Shown: positions 32,507 through 41,651, counted from the stretch's first letter. The stretch: DNA of 64,000 bases from an uncultured Bacilli bacterium (GCA_934096075.1 CAKOLN010000007.1:4326-68325), one strand, 5' to 3'. Program-made: numbers and translations. The notes: generated by a model not told the origin, from the sequence alone.

Positions 32507-33691
32507 TTAAAAATTAAGCATAACCCACTCAGGTTTAAATATAAGTAAAATCCCCATTAAAATCATAAGAATACCACCAATTAAATTAACTAATTTATTA
32601 TACTTTGTACTTATACCCTTAGATTTAAGAGTAAATACTGCGATTAAAAATACTACAAAATCATCAATTAAATAAAAGAATATATAAACGAGTAAATAAA
32701 CTATTTTCTTAAACTTAACTATACCATTAATACTTAAAATTTCTAAAAATACAGTAGGAAAGCCTAAAGAACAAGCAAGTTCAATCAAATTAACACTAAT
32801 TGCTAAAAACACAGTACCAAGTAAACCTAAGAAAAAACTCTTATTAGCAAGTATTTTATTAATTTTATTAATTATATTTTTTCTTTTATTTTTTTCTACT
32901 ACATGACATCCAGTTTCTTTTCTAGTTTTTATATAAGTTTTCAAATTAAATATACCAAGTATAATAGCCACGCCTGCTATAACATCTCTAATTATACTTA
33001 CCATAGCTAAATCAATAATAACCCCAATACCAAGCATAGATATGAAATATATACTACCACTAGTTAATAAAAATATAACACCTACCCATATCATTTTTTT
33101 ACGATTATTAGTAGCCAAACTCATATTAATAAGTAAGAGTAATATCCACATTGCACATGGATTAAAACCATCTATAAGACCTAAAACAATCGCTACTAAA
33201 GTTATACTCGCATTTCTTACATTTATTTTACCTAACAAAGGTAACTTATAAGAATCCGTTTCACCATCTATTTCCAGGTATTCATTTAAAATATTTTCTA
33301 TTCTCTCACTAGTACCATCACCATATCCAACTATATATTTATCTCCAATAACAGTAAATGGTACCCCTAAGCTTTTATCTTCATACATCTCTTTAATTTC
33401 TATTAATTTTTCACTATTTTCTTCACTACTAGTAACCTCATATGTATAAATATTTATCTTATCTTTATAATCATTTTTATATTTAAGAGTATCTAAATAT
33501 TCAAGTTCATCATGACAATGAGGACAATACATACTATAAAATAAATATATATTTACTTTATCCTCTTCTGTATTTTCACCCATCACATCACTTACTTTAT
33601 CAATATAATTTTCACTCAAAGCATTCAAGCCATTAGTAAATAACACAAAAATCAATAAAAAATACCCTATTTTTTTAAACAAACTTCTCAT
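32507..33691 (-). CDS. fusion of an extracytoplasmic thioredoxin-fold domain (CPHC) with a DsbD/CcdA-like polytopic membrane domain
   Basis: Signal/anchor sequence, YSMYCPHCHDELEY, then GLIDGFNPCAMWILLLL and about 6 TM segments. Confidence 0.65.
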   Translation of the reverse strand: MRSLFKKIGYFLLIFVLFTNGLNALSENYIDKVSDVMGENTEEDKVNIYLFYSMYCPHCHDELEYLDTLKYKNDYKDKINIYTYEVTSSEENSEKLIEIKEMYEDKSLGVPFTVIGDKYIVGYGDGTSERIENILNEYLEIDGETDSYKLPLLGKINVRNASITLVAIVLGLIDGFNPCAMWILLLLINMSLATNNRKKMIWVGVIFLLTSGSIYFISMLGIGVIIDLAMVSIIRDVIAGVAIILGIFNLKTYIKTRKETGCHVVEKNKRKNIINKINKILANKSFFLGLLGTVFLAISVNLIELACSLGFPTVFLEILSINGIVKFKKIVYLLVYIFFYLIDDFVVFLIAVFTLKSKGISTKYNKLVNLIGGILMILMGILLIFKPEWVMLNF

Positions 33692-33948
33692 AAAATATCT
33701 CCTATTTCATCTAATATTTCTTTTTTACTTTTTTCTCCAATTATTCTTTTAATTTCTTTATCATCTTTAATTAATATAACAACAGGTAATATATCTCCAA
33801 CATTATATTTATTTACTTCTTCTTCATCCATATCATAATCTAAACTAATATATTCATTATTTGGAAACTCAGTTTCTATATCATTCCATATACTTTTAGA
33901 TATTAAACACCCTGGACACCACATAGCGTTTATTTTAATTATTTTCAT
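33688..33948 (-). CDS. small thioredoxin/glutaredoxin-like protein (WCPGC)
   Basis: 86 aa with KINAMWCPGCLISK. There is an ATGA overlap with the downstream gene and a 14-nt overlap with the upstream cysteine desulfurase gene. Confidence 0.7.
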   Translation of the reverse strand: MKIIKINAMWCPGCLISKSIWNDIETEFPNNEYISLDYDMDEEEVNKYNVGDILPVVILIKDDKEIKRIIGEKSKKEILDEIGDIL

Positions 33949-35062
33949 TCTTTAACTCCTCACATATACTAATAAATTCTTTAATAAATATTTTTAGTTC
34001 ACTCAGACTAGTTAAATGACTCAAACTAACTCTTATAGAATTTCTTGATAATTCTTCACTACCTGTAATTGCAAATACACTTTTAGAAGGACTATTTTTC
34101 ATACTACACGCACTAACAGTTGACAAATATATATCCTTCTTTTCTAACTTTTCAACAACTTCACTTGCTTTTATATGAGTTAAACTAAAATTAAGTGTAT
34201 TAGGTATACTATTTTTAGGACTATTTATATGTACATAATCTAATTTACTTAATTCATCAATCAAGTATTTTTTTAAATTGGAAACATATTCATATCTATT
34301 TGATAAATCTTCAACGGCTAGTTCTAAAGCAACACTAGTACTACTGGCATTCGCAGTAACTGGAGTTCCACTTCTAAATATAGTTGTACTCCTTCCACCA
34401 TGTATAAGTGGCATTATTTTTATATTATTCATATTCATTAATACACCACTACCATTAATTCCATAAAACTTATGAGGTGCAAATGTAATAAAATCACATC
34501 CAGTATAATCTATATCTATTTTTCCTATAGCCTGAGTAGCATCCGTATGGAATATAATATTGTGTTCTTTTACTATGTTAACTATTTCTTTTATGGGCTC
34601 TATTGTCCCAAGTTCACTATCAACTGAACAAATACTAACTAAGATAGTATCTTCTCTAATACTATGTTTAAGTTCTTCTAAATCAATAATTCCATCATTC
34701 GTAAGAGATAAAACTGTAACTTCAAAACCTTTATTACACAAATAATTAAGTGGCGCTACTACACTAGAATGTTCTATTGGCGAAATAATAATATGTTTAC
34801 CCTTATTTTTATATAATTCACAAACACCCTTAATAACTAAATTATTACTTTCACTAGAACCACTAGTATAAATAACACTTTCTTTACTCGTATTAAAATA
34901 CTTTGCTAGCTTAATTGAACTTTCATCTATAATATTTTTAGCCTCTAACCCTAGTTTATGACTACTATTAGGATTACCTATATACTTTTTAGTAACACTA
35001 ACATAATTATCTAATACTCTATCATCTACAGGACTATTAGCACTATAATCTAAATATATCAT
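33935..35062 (-). CDS. cysteine desulfurase (class V aminotransferase, NifS/IscS-like)
   Basis: MIYLDYSANSPVD..., PLP-Lys region FAPHKFYG, active-site loop STVSACS. Confidence 0.88.
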   Translation of the reverse strand: MIYLDYSANSPVDDRVLDNYVSVTKKYIGNPNSSHKLGLEAKNIIDESSIKLAKYFNTSKESVIYTSGSSESNNLVIKGVCELYKNKGKHIIISPIEHSSVVAPLNYLCNKGFEVTVLSLTNDGIIDLEELKHSIREDTILVSICSVDSELGTIEPIKEIVNIVKEHNIIFHTDATQAIGKIDIDYTGCDFITFAPHKFYGINGSGVLMNMNNIKIMPLIHGGRSTTIFRSGTPVTANASSTSVALELAVEDLSNRYEYVSNLKKYLIDELSKLDYVHINSPKNSIPNTLNFSLTHIKASEVVEKLEKKDIYLSTVSACSMKNSPSKSVFAITGSEELSRNSIRVSLSHLTSLSELKIFIKEFISICEELKNENN

Positions 35063-35162
35063 TTATTACCAACTCCATACCAAAATTATAAACTAATTAA
35101 TTTTATAGGTAAAGAAAAAATAAGTTGAATGAACTAAACCAAAAGTTGAACAACTTATTTTA

Positions 35163-35879
35163 TTATAATTCTCTAACATATCTAGGATTCTTATTCGACT
35201 TAACTAATCCCTTAGCATCTCTTAAATACACAATATCTTTTCCAATAAATTCACTAAGCTTATACCTAAATTTTTTCAAAAACTCCAAACAATCTACTTC
35301 TTTAGATAAATACATTTCCTTTAACAAAATATCTTTATTTACAAAATCATCAAAGTAACTATCTACTAAAAAATACATAATCTCTAAATCAAATCCTCTT
35401 CTATTCTCATCAAAAGAAATATCATAATTTCCATATTCAAGAGTATCAATAACCTTAAATTGTCCACTTGAATAAAGTATATTATACATAATATCATATA
35501 TCTTAATATTTCTTTCAGTAAGAAGATTTATATCTACAAATGTTTTGTTAATCGCATTACTTAACTTATTTAAATCTACTCCTAAAGGATTAATTTTATA
35601 TAAATTTTTCTTTTTAGAATAATTCATTACATACCCTATAATATGATTTTTATATTTAACAACATCTACAGGCCACATAAAAGTAGAATTAACTACATCA
35701 CTAAACTTCATAACATCATATTCACTAACACTATCATATTCATCATCAAAATATCCATGAAATATCTTAATCACCTTATTACTTTTAATATCTAAATAAC
35801 ATACACCTTGAGACCCACAACCTAAGTATTTTAAACTATTTAAATATTTCATAAAATATTTCTTATTACTTACTTCCAT
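35163..35879 (-). CDS. small protein kinase-like fold protein (atypical)
   Basis: Gly-rich loop plus Lys: YLGCGSQGVCYLDIKSNKVIKIF. Catalytic-loop-like IYDIMYNILY and DFG-like KVIDTLEYG. Confidence 0.45.
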   Translation of the reverse strand: MEVSNKKYFMKYLNSLKYLGCGSQGVCYLDIKSNKVIKIFHGYFDDEYDSVSEYDVMKFSDVVNSTFMWPVDVVKYKNHIIGYVMNYSKKKNLYKINPLGVDLNKLSNAINKTFVDINLLTERNIKIYDIMYNILYSSGQFKVIDTLEYGNYDISFDENRRGFDLEIMYFLVDSYFDDFVNKDILLKEMYLSKEVDCLEFLKKFRYKLSEFIGKDIVYLRDAKGLVKSNKNPRYVREL

Positions 35880-36003
35880 AATACCCCCATAAACAAATCA
35901 TATTATATTACAAATTTTTACGAAACACAATTACTTTAGTTTTTCTATAATATCTCTAATATGAAACATTTTTTACATCATTAAATAAAAACTACCTAAG
36001 TAG

Positions 36004-36369
36004 TTAATTTTTAATCTTGTAAATCATAAATTTATCATCAATATATAAAACTATACTATTTTCATCTTCATATTGATATTCATAATCTCCTTCAAAATTA
36101 GATTGATTATCACTACTCGGTAATTTATCACTTTCAACATGACTAGTTATTTTTCCATCCATAACTCCACATCTTGCCTTTTTACTTTCTTCTCCAGTAG
36201 AATAATATAATTTACCATCAACTTTAACAACATTTTCTATATTACTATTTGACTCTAGCGGATTATCTTTAATTAAATTATCTTTATAATATCTAGTACC
36301 TAAAGTACTTATTATAACAATGAAACAAAATATAAAAGTACCAATAACTACATACTTAGTAAACTTCAT
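36004..36369 (-). CDS. hypothetical membrane-anchored protein
   Basis: 121-aa ORF with N-terminal TM VVIGTFIFCFIVIISTLG. A terminator hairpin AACTAC-ttag-GTAGTTTTT follows. Confidence 0.4.
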   Translation of the reverse strand: MKFTKYVVIGTFIFCFIVIISTLGTRYYKDNLIKDNPLESNSNIENVVKVDGKLYYSTGEESKKARCGVMDGKITSHVESDKLPSSDNQSNFEGDYEYQYEDENSIVLYIDDKFMIYKIKN

Positions 36370-36377
36370 ATAAACAC

Positions 36378-36977
36378 CTACCCAACAAAATTATTACCTA
36401 ACCATATTCTAGCAAAAGCATCTACAAAAAACAACATAAAAATAACAACCGACAATCCATCTATCAAACCTTGTTCTTTATTAGACAAAAATTTAATAAG
36501 TAAAGGCTCTAAAAAATAAATACCCACTAATGCAACAATTCCAAACTTTAAATCTGGTATTAAAGCTATTCTTCCTTCAAAATTCATAAATTCATTACTA
36601 TAGTCCCAAAGTGATTTAAAATTACCACCAGTAAAATCCATTAAATAAGTTGCTACTAGTTCTACTAATGTTGCAAATATAACTGTTTCAAAAAATAATA
36701 CTAAAGGTCTTATATTGAGCTTACCCAACATTATTTTTTTATCTTTAAATCTATAAAATAATGAAATAATTATTAAACCACCAAACCCATATATAGGTAA
36801 CCAAGGTCCAAATAAAGCGCCACGATTAACTACTTGATTAAGTTCCAAAATAAAAACTAATTCTTCATAAATCCAACCACATATAGAATAAACAATAAAA
36901 AGAAATAATATATCTCTTAAAACAATATACCATTTCTTATCAGAAAAATTAATACCAAAATTTAAAATACTACTCAT
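36378..36977 (-). CDS. polytopic membrane protein, 'putative ABC-transporter type IV' (CmpB/PF06541-like)
   Basis: ICGWIYEELVF......NRGALFGPWLPIYGFGG is characteristic of that family. Confidence 0.5.
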   Translation of the reverse strand: MSSILNFGINFSDKKWYIVLRDILFLFIVYSICGWIYEELVFILELNQVVNRGALFGPWLPIYGFGGLIIISLFYRFKDKKIMLGKLNIRPLVLFFETVIFATLVELVATYLMDFTGGNFKSLWDYSNEFMNFEGRIALIPDLKFGIVALVGIYFLEPLLIKFLSNKEQGLIDGLSVVIFMLFFVDAFARIWLGNNFVG

Positions 36978-36987
36978 AAAAACACTC

Positions 36988-37347
36988 TCACTTAATTAAA
37001 TTAATTATCTTAGGTAAAAATATTAGAATTCCTATTATTAGAGACATTATTGCATTCATAAGTACTGCTCCTGCTGATATATCTTTAGCTTTCTTAGCCA
37101 TATTATCTTTATTAGGACATACCATATCTACAATAGTTTCAATAGTCGTATTAAATAATTCAGCACTAATAACTAAGCCAAAACATATTAAACAAGTTGT
37201 CCATTCCCAAACCTCAATCTTAAGCAAGATTCCACAAATAATTACAAGTGTCATAATAGAAACATGAACCTTCATATTTCTTTCACTCTTAAATGAACTT
37301 ATAACACCAGTAAAAGCATACTTAAAACTATTTATAAACTTTTTCAT
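36988..37347 (-). CDS. dgkA: diacylglycerol/undecaprenol kinase
   Basis: 119 aa with 3 TM segments. SFKSERNMKVH....SAELFNTTIETIVD matches the DgkA prokaryotic family. Confidence 0.85.
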   Translation of the reverse strand: MKKFINSFKYAFTGVISSFKSERNMKVHVSIMTLVIICGILLKIEVWEWTTCLICFGLVISAELFNTTIETIVDMVCPNKDNMAKKAKDISAGAVLMNAIMSLIIGILIFLPKIINLIK

Positions 37348-37348
37348 A

Positions 37349-39556
37349 TTAATTAAATGCCTTTCTAATCAATTCTACCATCTTTTTACTACCTTCATCA
37401 GTTAAATGTAATCTATCAGCCATTAAATAATCATTATTATTTTTAATCTCTTCATACATATTAACTATCTTAATATTTTCTTTTTCTAATTTCTTTATAT
37501 CTTTAATATTTTTACTACTAGAAACTATTAAAACATTATTATCTTTTAGTAAATCTAATATACTCTCATACTCACTTATAGATAAATTAGTACTACTATC
37601 AAAAGCAAGTATAATATTATATGTTAAAGTATTATTCTCTTTATCTTCATTAAGTTTCTTTTTCAAACTATTATAATTAAATCCATTATCTATCACAAAA
37701 CTAGCATTACTAAAATCACTTTCTAAATATTCATATGCATTTAATAATATATTATTTCCATAAAAAGTAATCTTATTTTTTTCTTCTAATTCATGTTCTT
37801 CTAACATCTTTTCTTTTTCTATTTTATATTTCTCCACATAAACATCATGTATTGCATTATAAATTGCCTCAGTATATACTTTCCTACCAACACCAGTCAA
37901 ATGAATTCCATCTGAATAAAAATATTCTTCATGTCCTCTAGACATTGTATACCAATCTATTAAATGAACATTATCATATTCTTTAGAAAGTGCTAATAAA
38001 TTTGAATTAACATTTGGTAAATTAGTAGTATTAATCCAAAAAATATCTCTTCCTTCACATTGTTTAATAATATTAACTTTACAAGATTTAGAACAATCTC
38101 CATTGGCACCCAAATTAATTATAACAGGTTCTCCAAGCATATTTTTATTAACCAAATTTTCTATAATTCCACCAACTACCCAAGCAGTTCTACTAATCTT
38201 AGCATCAAAATAACCATTAGGAAACATAGCATACAAATTATCAACCGCTCCTAGCATAACAGAATCTCCTATACCAACAACATTCAAAGTTTTAACAACT
38301 TCCCCCATATTATTTTCTGCATTCTCATAGTCTTTTAATATGTTATTCCAATCTTCATTTTCTTTTGCTAATTGTTCTTTATATTTATTTTGATTTTCTA
38401 CTGCTAACTTTTGATTCTCTACTAATTGTTCCTGCAATTGTTTCATTTCTTTAGTATGATCTTCTGTAATATAATATTGATATATTCCATATCCACATAT
38501 TGCTAAAAATAATGGTATTAGTAAATACTGAGGTACCCTATATTGTTTATTTTTATTATTAATACAAAAATGTATTAAAATTGATATAAATATTGTTAAC
38601 AAAACTATAACAATTATTTTCAATATAGTACTTAAGCTAACATACTGAAATAAAAATATAACTGGATATTGAACTAAATATACCTCATAAGTAATACTTG
38701 CAATTTTTTTAACTATATAATCAAACTTATTAAGTTCAGTTACATCCACTAATGAATATTGAATCAATCTAATAGAAATTATACTAGATAAAATCATACA
38801 TAAAACAAAATATTTAGAACTATTTTCAATCATAATAAACATACTTGATAATACTACCAAATAGGCATAAAAACAAATATTAGAAACTTTATTATTCATA
38901 AACACTAACTTATTACCAAAATAATTTACAAATAATCCCAAAGTAACACCAATAAGTAATGAGAATATTCTAGTAAATGTACTATAATAAAGTAATGTCA
39001 TATTACCTGTTTTACTTATATAACAAAAATATACAATTCCTAAAATTGACAATATGCTCATTAAAATACATGGTATGCACTTATTTATTTTTTCTCCAAT
39101 TTTTTTCAATAAAATATATATAATAGGAAAAATCAATTCAAATTGTATAATAATTGCCATATACCACAAATGCATAAATGGTGAATTAATACTTCTAGAA
39201 AAATAGTCTAAATTAGAACTAATTTGCCAAAAATTATTGTAACCTAATATTACAGAAGTAGTTTCAGGTTTTAAATTCAACCAAAATATATCTGGATACA
39301 ATGATATTACAGCTATAGTACCAAAAGTTACTATTAATAATGGCAAATATAATTTTAAAAATCTTGATTTATAATAGTTAACTATAGAAAAATTGTCTTT
39401 ATCAAAAGAAAATTTAGTAATTAAAAACCCACTCAAAACAAAAAATGCACATACAGCTAAATAACCACCCTTTAAAATATCAAGATGATATAAAAGAACT
39501 GCTATACATAAAAATACTCTTATAATATTTATTTTTTTATAATATCCATCTTTCAT
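37349..39556 (-). CDS. acyltransferase family 3 (OafA-like) membrane protein with an SGNH domain plus a second degenerate SGNH-like domain
   Basis: N-terminal region of about 10 TM starting RVFLCIAVLLYH. SGNH block I VGIGDSVMLGA and block V SDGIHLT. The C-terminal repeat has ITFYGNNILLNA ... ADRLHLTDEG. Confidence 0.85.
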   Translation of the reverse strand: MKDGYYKKINIIRVFLCIAVLLYHLDILKGGYLAVCAFFVLSGFLITKFSFDKDNFSIVNYYKSRFLKLYLPLLIVTFGTIAVISLYPDIFWLNLKPETTSVILGYNNFWQISSNLDYFSRSINSPFMHLWYMAIIIQFELIFPIIYILLKKIGEKINKCIPCILMSILSILGIVYFCYISKTGNMTLLYYSTFTRIFSLLIGVTLGLFVNYFGNKLVFMNNKVSNICFYAYLVVLSSMFIMIENSSKYFVLCMILSSIISIRLIQYSLVDVTELNKFDYIVKKIASITYEVYLVQYPVIFLFQYVSLSTILKIIVIVLLTIFISILIHFCINNKNKQYRVPQYLLIPLFLAICGYGIYQYYITEDHTKEMKQLQEQLVENQKLAVENQNKYKEQLAKENEDWNNILKDYENAENNMGEVVKTLNVVGIGDSVMLGAVDNLYAMFPNGYFDAKISRTAWVVGGIIENLVNKNMLGEPVIINLGANGDCSKSCKVNIIKQCEGRDIFWINTTNLPNVNSNLLALSKEYDNVHLIDWYTMSRGHEEYFYSDGIHLTGVGRKVYTEAIYNAIHDVYVEKYKIEKEKMLEEHELEEKNKITFYGNNILLNAYEYLESDFSNASFVIDNGFNYNSLKKKLNEDKENNTLTYNIILAFDSSTNLSISEYESILDLLKDNNVLIVSSSKNIKDIKKLEKENIKIVNMYEEIKNNNDYLMADRLHLTDEGSKKMVELIRKAFN

Positions 39557-39677
39557 ACTAACACTTTCCTATCAAAATAATTATATCATTAGTAAAAGAA
39601 AAAAGATATGAATTTAATCTTTTCATACCCAATATTACACATGTTTAACATTTAACTTATACTTCTACTAGTAATTT

Positions 39678-40466
39678 TTAATTAAACTTTTTAGTTAATA
39701 TATAATCCCTATTTGAATCATCTAATTCTACCACACCATAATCATGAACAGCTTCTATTAGTTGACCATTTACATTACGGTATGTTTCCCAAGCATTTGG
39801 CTCTACCGTAACCTTAACTGATATATCATTATTTATTCTTGCTCCTATAAAACTATTAATTGATTGTGTAGAAAAAATTGATGATTCATTCTTTTTATCG
39901 AATATTAATCCAAAATATGACTGCATATTCATACAACTTTTATATTGATTTACAAACATTCCTAAATCCAAAAATGGTATAGTAATATTTTCTATAGGAA
40001 TATTATCAATTAATCCATTAACATATTTAACAAAGCTTTCATAATAAAAGCTTCTAGATATTTTAAATTCATTCAATAATTTTTTTACTGTAGTTATTTC
40101 ATCATAATTTCTATTTTTATTTATATTTATTAAATGCATTAACCATGACAACTTATCATCTAAATTAGAATCATAAAATTCAATAGTTTTTTCTAAAATC
40201 CTACTAGCTACTAAAAATGATAAATATTCACGACTCATAGCCTGAATCATATAACTATCTTTATTTTTTAAATCAGCATCTATTTTTGGCAATCCAAACG
40301 AATCAAAATATAATGCCACTGGTTCTAATAATTCATATGTAAAAGGATAGTTCTTTTCAAGACACTTTAAAAATTCACTTCTTTCTTGTGTATTATATCC
40401 GTACACAAATAAATGTCTATTTTGATTCATTATTATTTTTTTTAAATATTCCTCATTTTTATACAT
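39678..40466 (-). CDS. hypothetical protein with a degenerate P-loop-like N-terminus
   Basis: The 262-aa ORF has a strong RBS (GGGGAGTGAGG). RHLFVYGYNTQERSEFL sits where a Walker A (GxxGxGK[ST]) would be, but Gly/Lys are replaced. The C-terminal motif is VEPNAWETYRNVNGQLIEAVHDYGVVELD. Confidence 0.4.
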   Translation of the reverse strand: MYKNEEYLKKIIMNQNRHLFVYGYNTQERSEFLKCLEKNYPFTYELLEPVALYFDSFGLPKIDADLKNKDSYMIQAMSREYLSFLVASRILEKTIEFYDSNLDDKLSWLMHLININKNRNYDEITTVKKLLNEFKISRSFYYESFVKYVNGLIDNIPIENITIPFLDLGMFVNQYKSCMNMQSYFGLIFDKKNESSIFSTQSINSFIGARINNDISVKVTVEPNAWETYRNVNGQLIEAVHDYGVVELDDSNRDYILTKKFN

Positions 40467-40701
40467 AAGCTTTACCTCACTCCCCGATTTCTATATCAAA
40501 ATTTCATTATATAATTATAGCACAACTACTCTATGATTTCTATAATATATTTCAAATCTTCTATTGCTTTATCTATATTCATCATACCATTGCCTATAGG
40601 TAAAATATTAAAACAACCAAATAATTTTTTCCCTTCAAAATGGTATTTCTTATTTTTAAAATATAATTTTTTGTTGAATAATTGTAAGTTTTTTTCGTAC
40701 A

Positions 40702-40723
40702 ACTTATCTAATAACTTATCTAA
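40702..40723 (+). repeat. tandem CTTATCTA site, copy 1
   Basis: ACTTATCTA-ATAA-CTTATCTAA, directly downstream of the 128-aa gene stop. Confidence 0.7.
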
Positions 40724-40725
40724 AA

Positions 40726-41112
40726 TTATTTATTTATATACTCATCATAATAATCATAACCTTTTTTAGTTATTTTAAATACTTCTCCTTTATACCCAAC
40801 ATCAGTTATATAATCATTATCTTCAAGTTTTTTTAAGGCATCCTCCCAATATGACATTTCCCTTTCAGTTTGTGATGCTGAACCAACTGAAAATCTAGCA
40901 GAACCACATTGTATTGTACGTCCACTAAGAGTTTTTATATAAATTATTGTAGGATTATGTTCATCTTCTATAGTTTTTTTCAAAAGTTTAGAAGCATATT
41001 CATTAGGAATATATTCTTTTGAGTTAATAAAATTATAAAGATTTACTTGTTTTTCTATTTGATTGACTATATTGTCATCACCTTTAATATTAATTTCATT
41101 TTTCTTATTCAT
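40726..41112 (-). CDS. hypothetical protein, third gene of the coupled operon
   Basis: The 128-aa ORF has RBS AGGAGGG and its ATG overlaps the stop of the 56-aa ORF (ATGAATAA). No family recognised. Confidence 0.5.
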   Translation of the reverse strand: MNKKNEINIKGDDNIVNQIEKQVNLYNFINSKEYIPNEYASKLLKKTIEDEHNPTIIYIKTLSGRTIQCGSARFSVGSASQTEREMSYWEDALKKLEDNDYITDVGYKGEVFKITKKGYDYYDEYINK

Positions 41113-41275
41113 TGTACTTACTTCCCTCCTGAACCACTTTATTATTATTCCCTTTTATTTTAGAAACATTTTTGCTTTTAATATTTGTAAAAGTAATACC
41201 GCCTAAAAATCCTACTATTAAACTAATAAAAATTTCTAGCAGATCTTTCCAATTATGTTGTATGAAATCAATCAT
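41105..41275 (-). CDS. unannotated small membrane protein (56 aa)
   Basis: Own translation: MIDFIQHNWKDLLEIFISLIVGFLGGITFTNIKSKNVSKIKGNNNKVVQEGSKYNE*. RBS AGAGGT lies 6 nt upstream. The ATG overlaps the upstream stop (AATGATTGA) and the stop overlaps the downstream ATG. One TM helix is followed by a basic tail. Confidence 0.6.
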   Translation of the reverse strand: MIDFIQHNWKDLLEIFISLIVGFLGGITFTNIKSKNVSKIKGNNNKVVQEGSKYNE

Positions 41276-41588
41276 TTTTTACCTCTGTATCTAGAAGTTT
41301 ATTTAAATCATTTAAATTATGATATATTTTATTCCATCCTTCATGTGATTCAATATATTGCTTACCTAAGCTTGTAACTAAATCCATTTCATTTTCTATT
41401 TCTATACCACCTAAAATATTAAACAATACTCTTTTAGGATTTATGTAATGCTCATTAACCATATCTCTAAATAAGGATACATAAATATCTTCATCAATAT
41501 TATAATTTTTTGAAGTTGGAATAATATCATTGTAAGATATTTCTTTTAATATGCTAAATTCTATAATTTCTTTTTCGATAGGTTTCAT
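41268..41588 (-). CDS. YjcQ-like winged-helix protein (phage-associated family)
   Basis: The 106-aa protein carries FSILKEIS...NIDEDIY........HYI ... LVTSLGKQYIESHEGWNKIYHNLNDLNKLL, resembling my recollection of the YjcQ (PF09639) pattern. Extended -10 TGGTATAAT and RBS AGGAAGTGA lie upstream. Confidence 0.5.
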   Translation of the reverse strand: MKPIEKEIIEFSILKEISYNDIIPTSKNYNIDEDIYVSLFRDMVNEHYINPKRVLFNILGGIEIENEMDLVTSLGKQYIESHEGWNKIYHNLNDLNKLLDTEVKND

Positions 41589-41651
41589 ATTATCACTTCC
41601 TATTTAATTATACCACATGGACTTCATTTTAAGGTTGATTTTGGACAAAAA

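Noticed and set aside
40526-40769. An open 67-codon minus-strand frame after the 128-aa gene (…LDKLLDKLYEKNLQLFNKKLYFKNKKYHFEGKKLFGCFNILPIGNGMMNIDKAIEDLKYIIEIIE*) and the plus-strand track ORF 40533..40769
   Set aside because: The minus frame is out of frame with the 128-aa gene and has no ATG/GTG with an RBS near its 5' end (only a TTG without Shine-Dalgarno). Its first codons are simply the CTTATCTA repeat read as LDK. It may be a gene remnant, but I cannot support a CDS. The plus ORF is hydrophobic low-complexity without an RBS.
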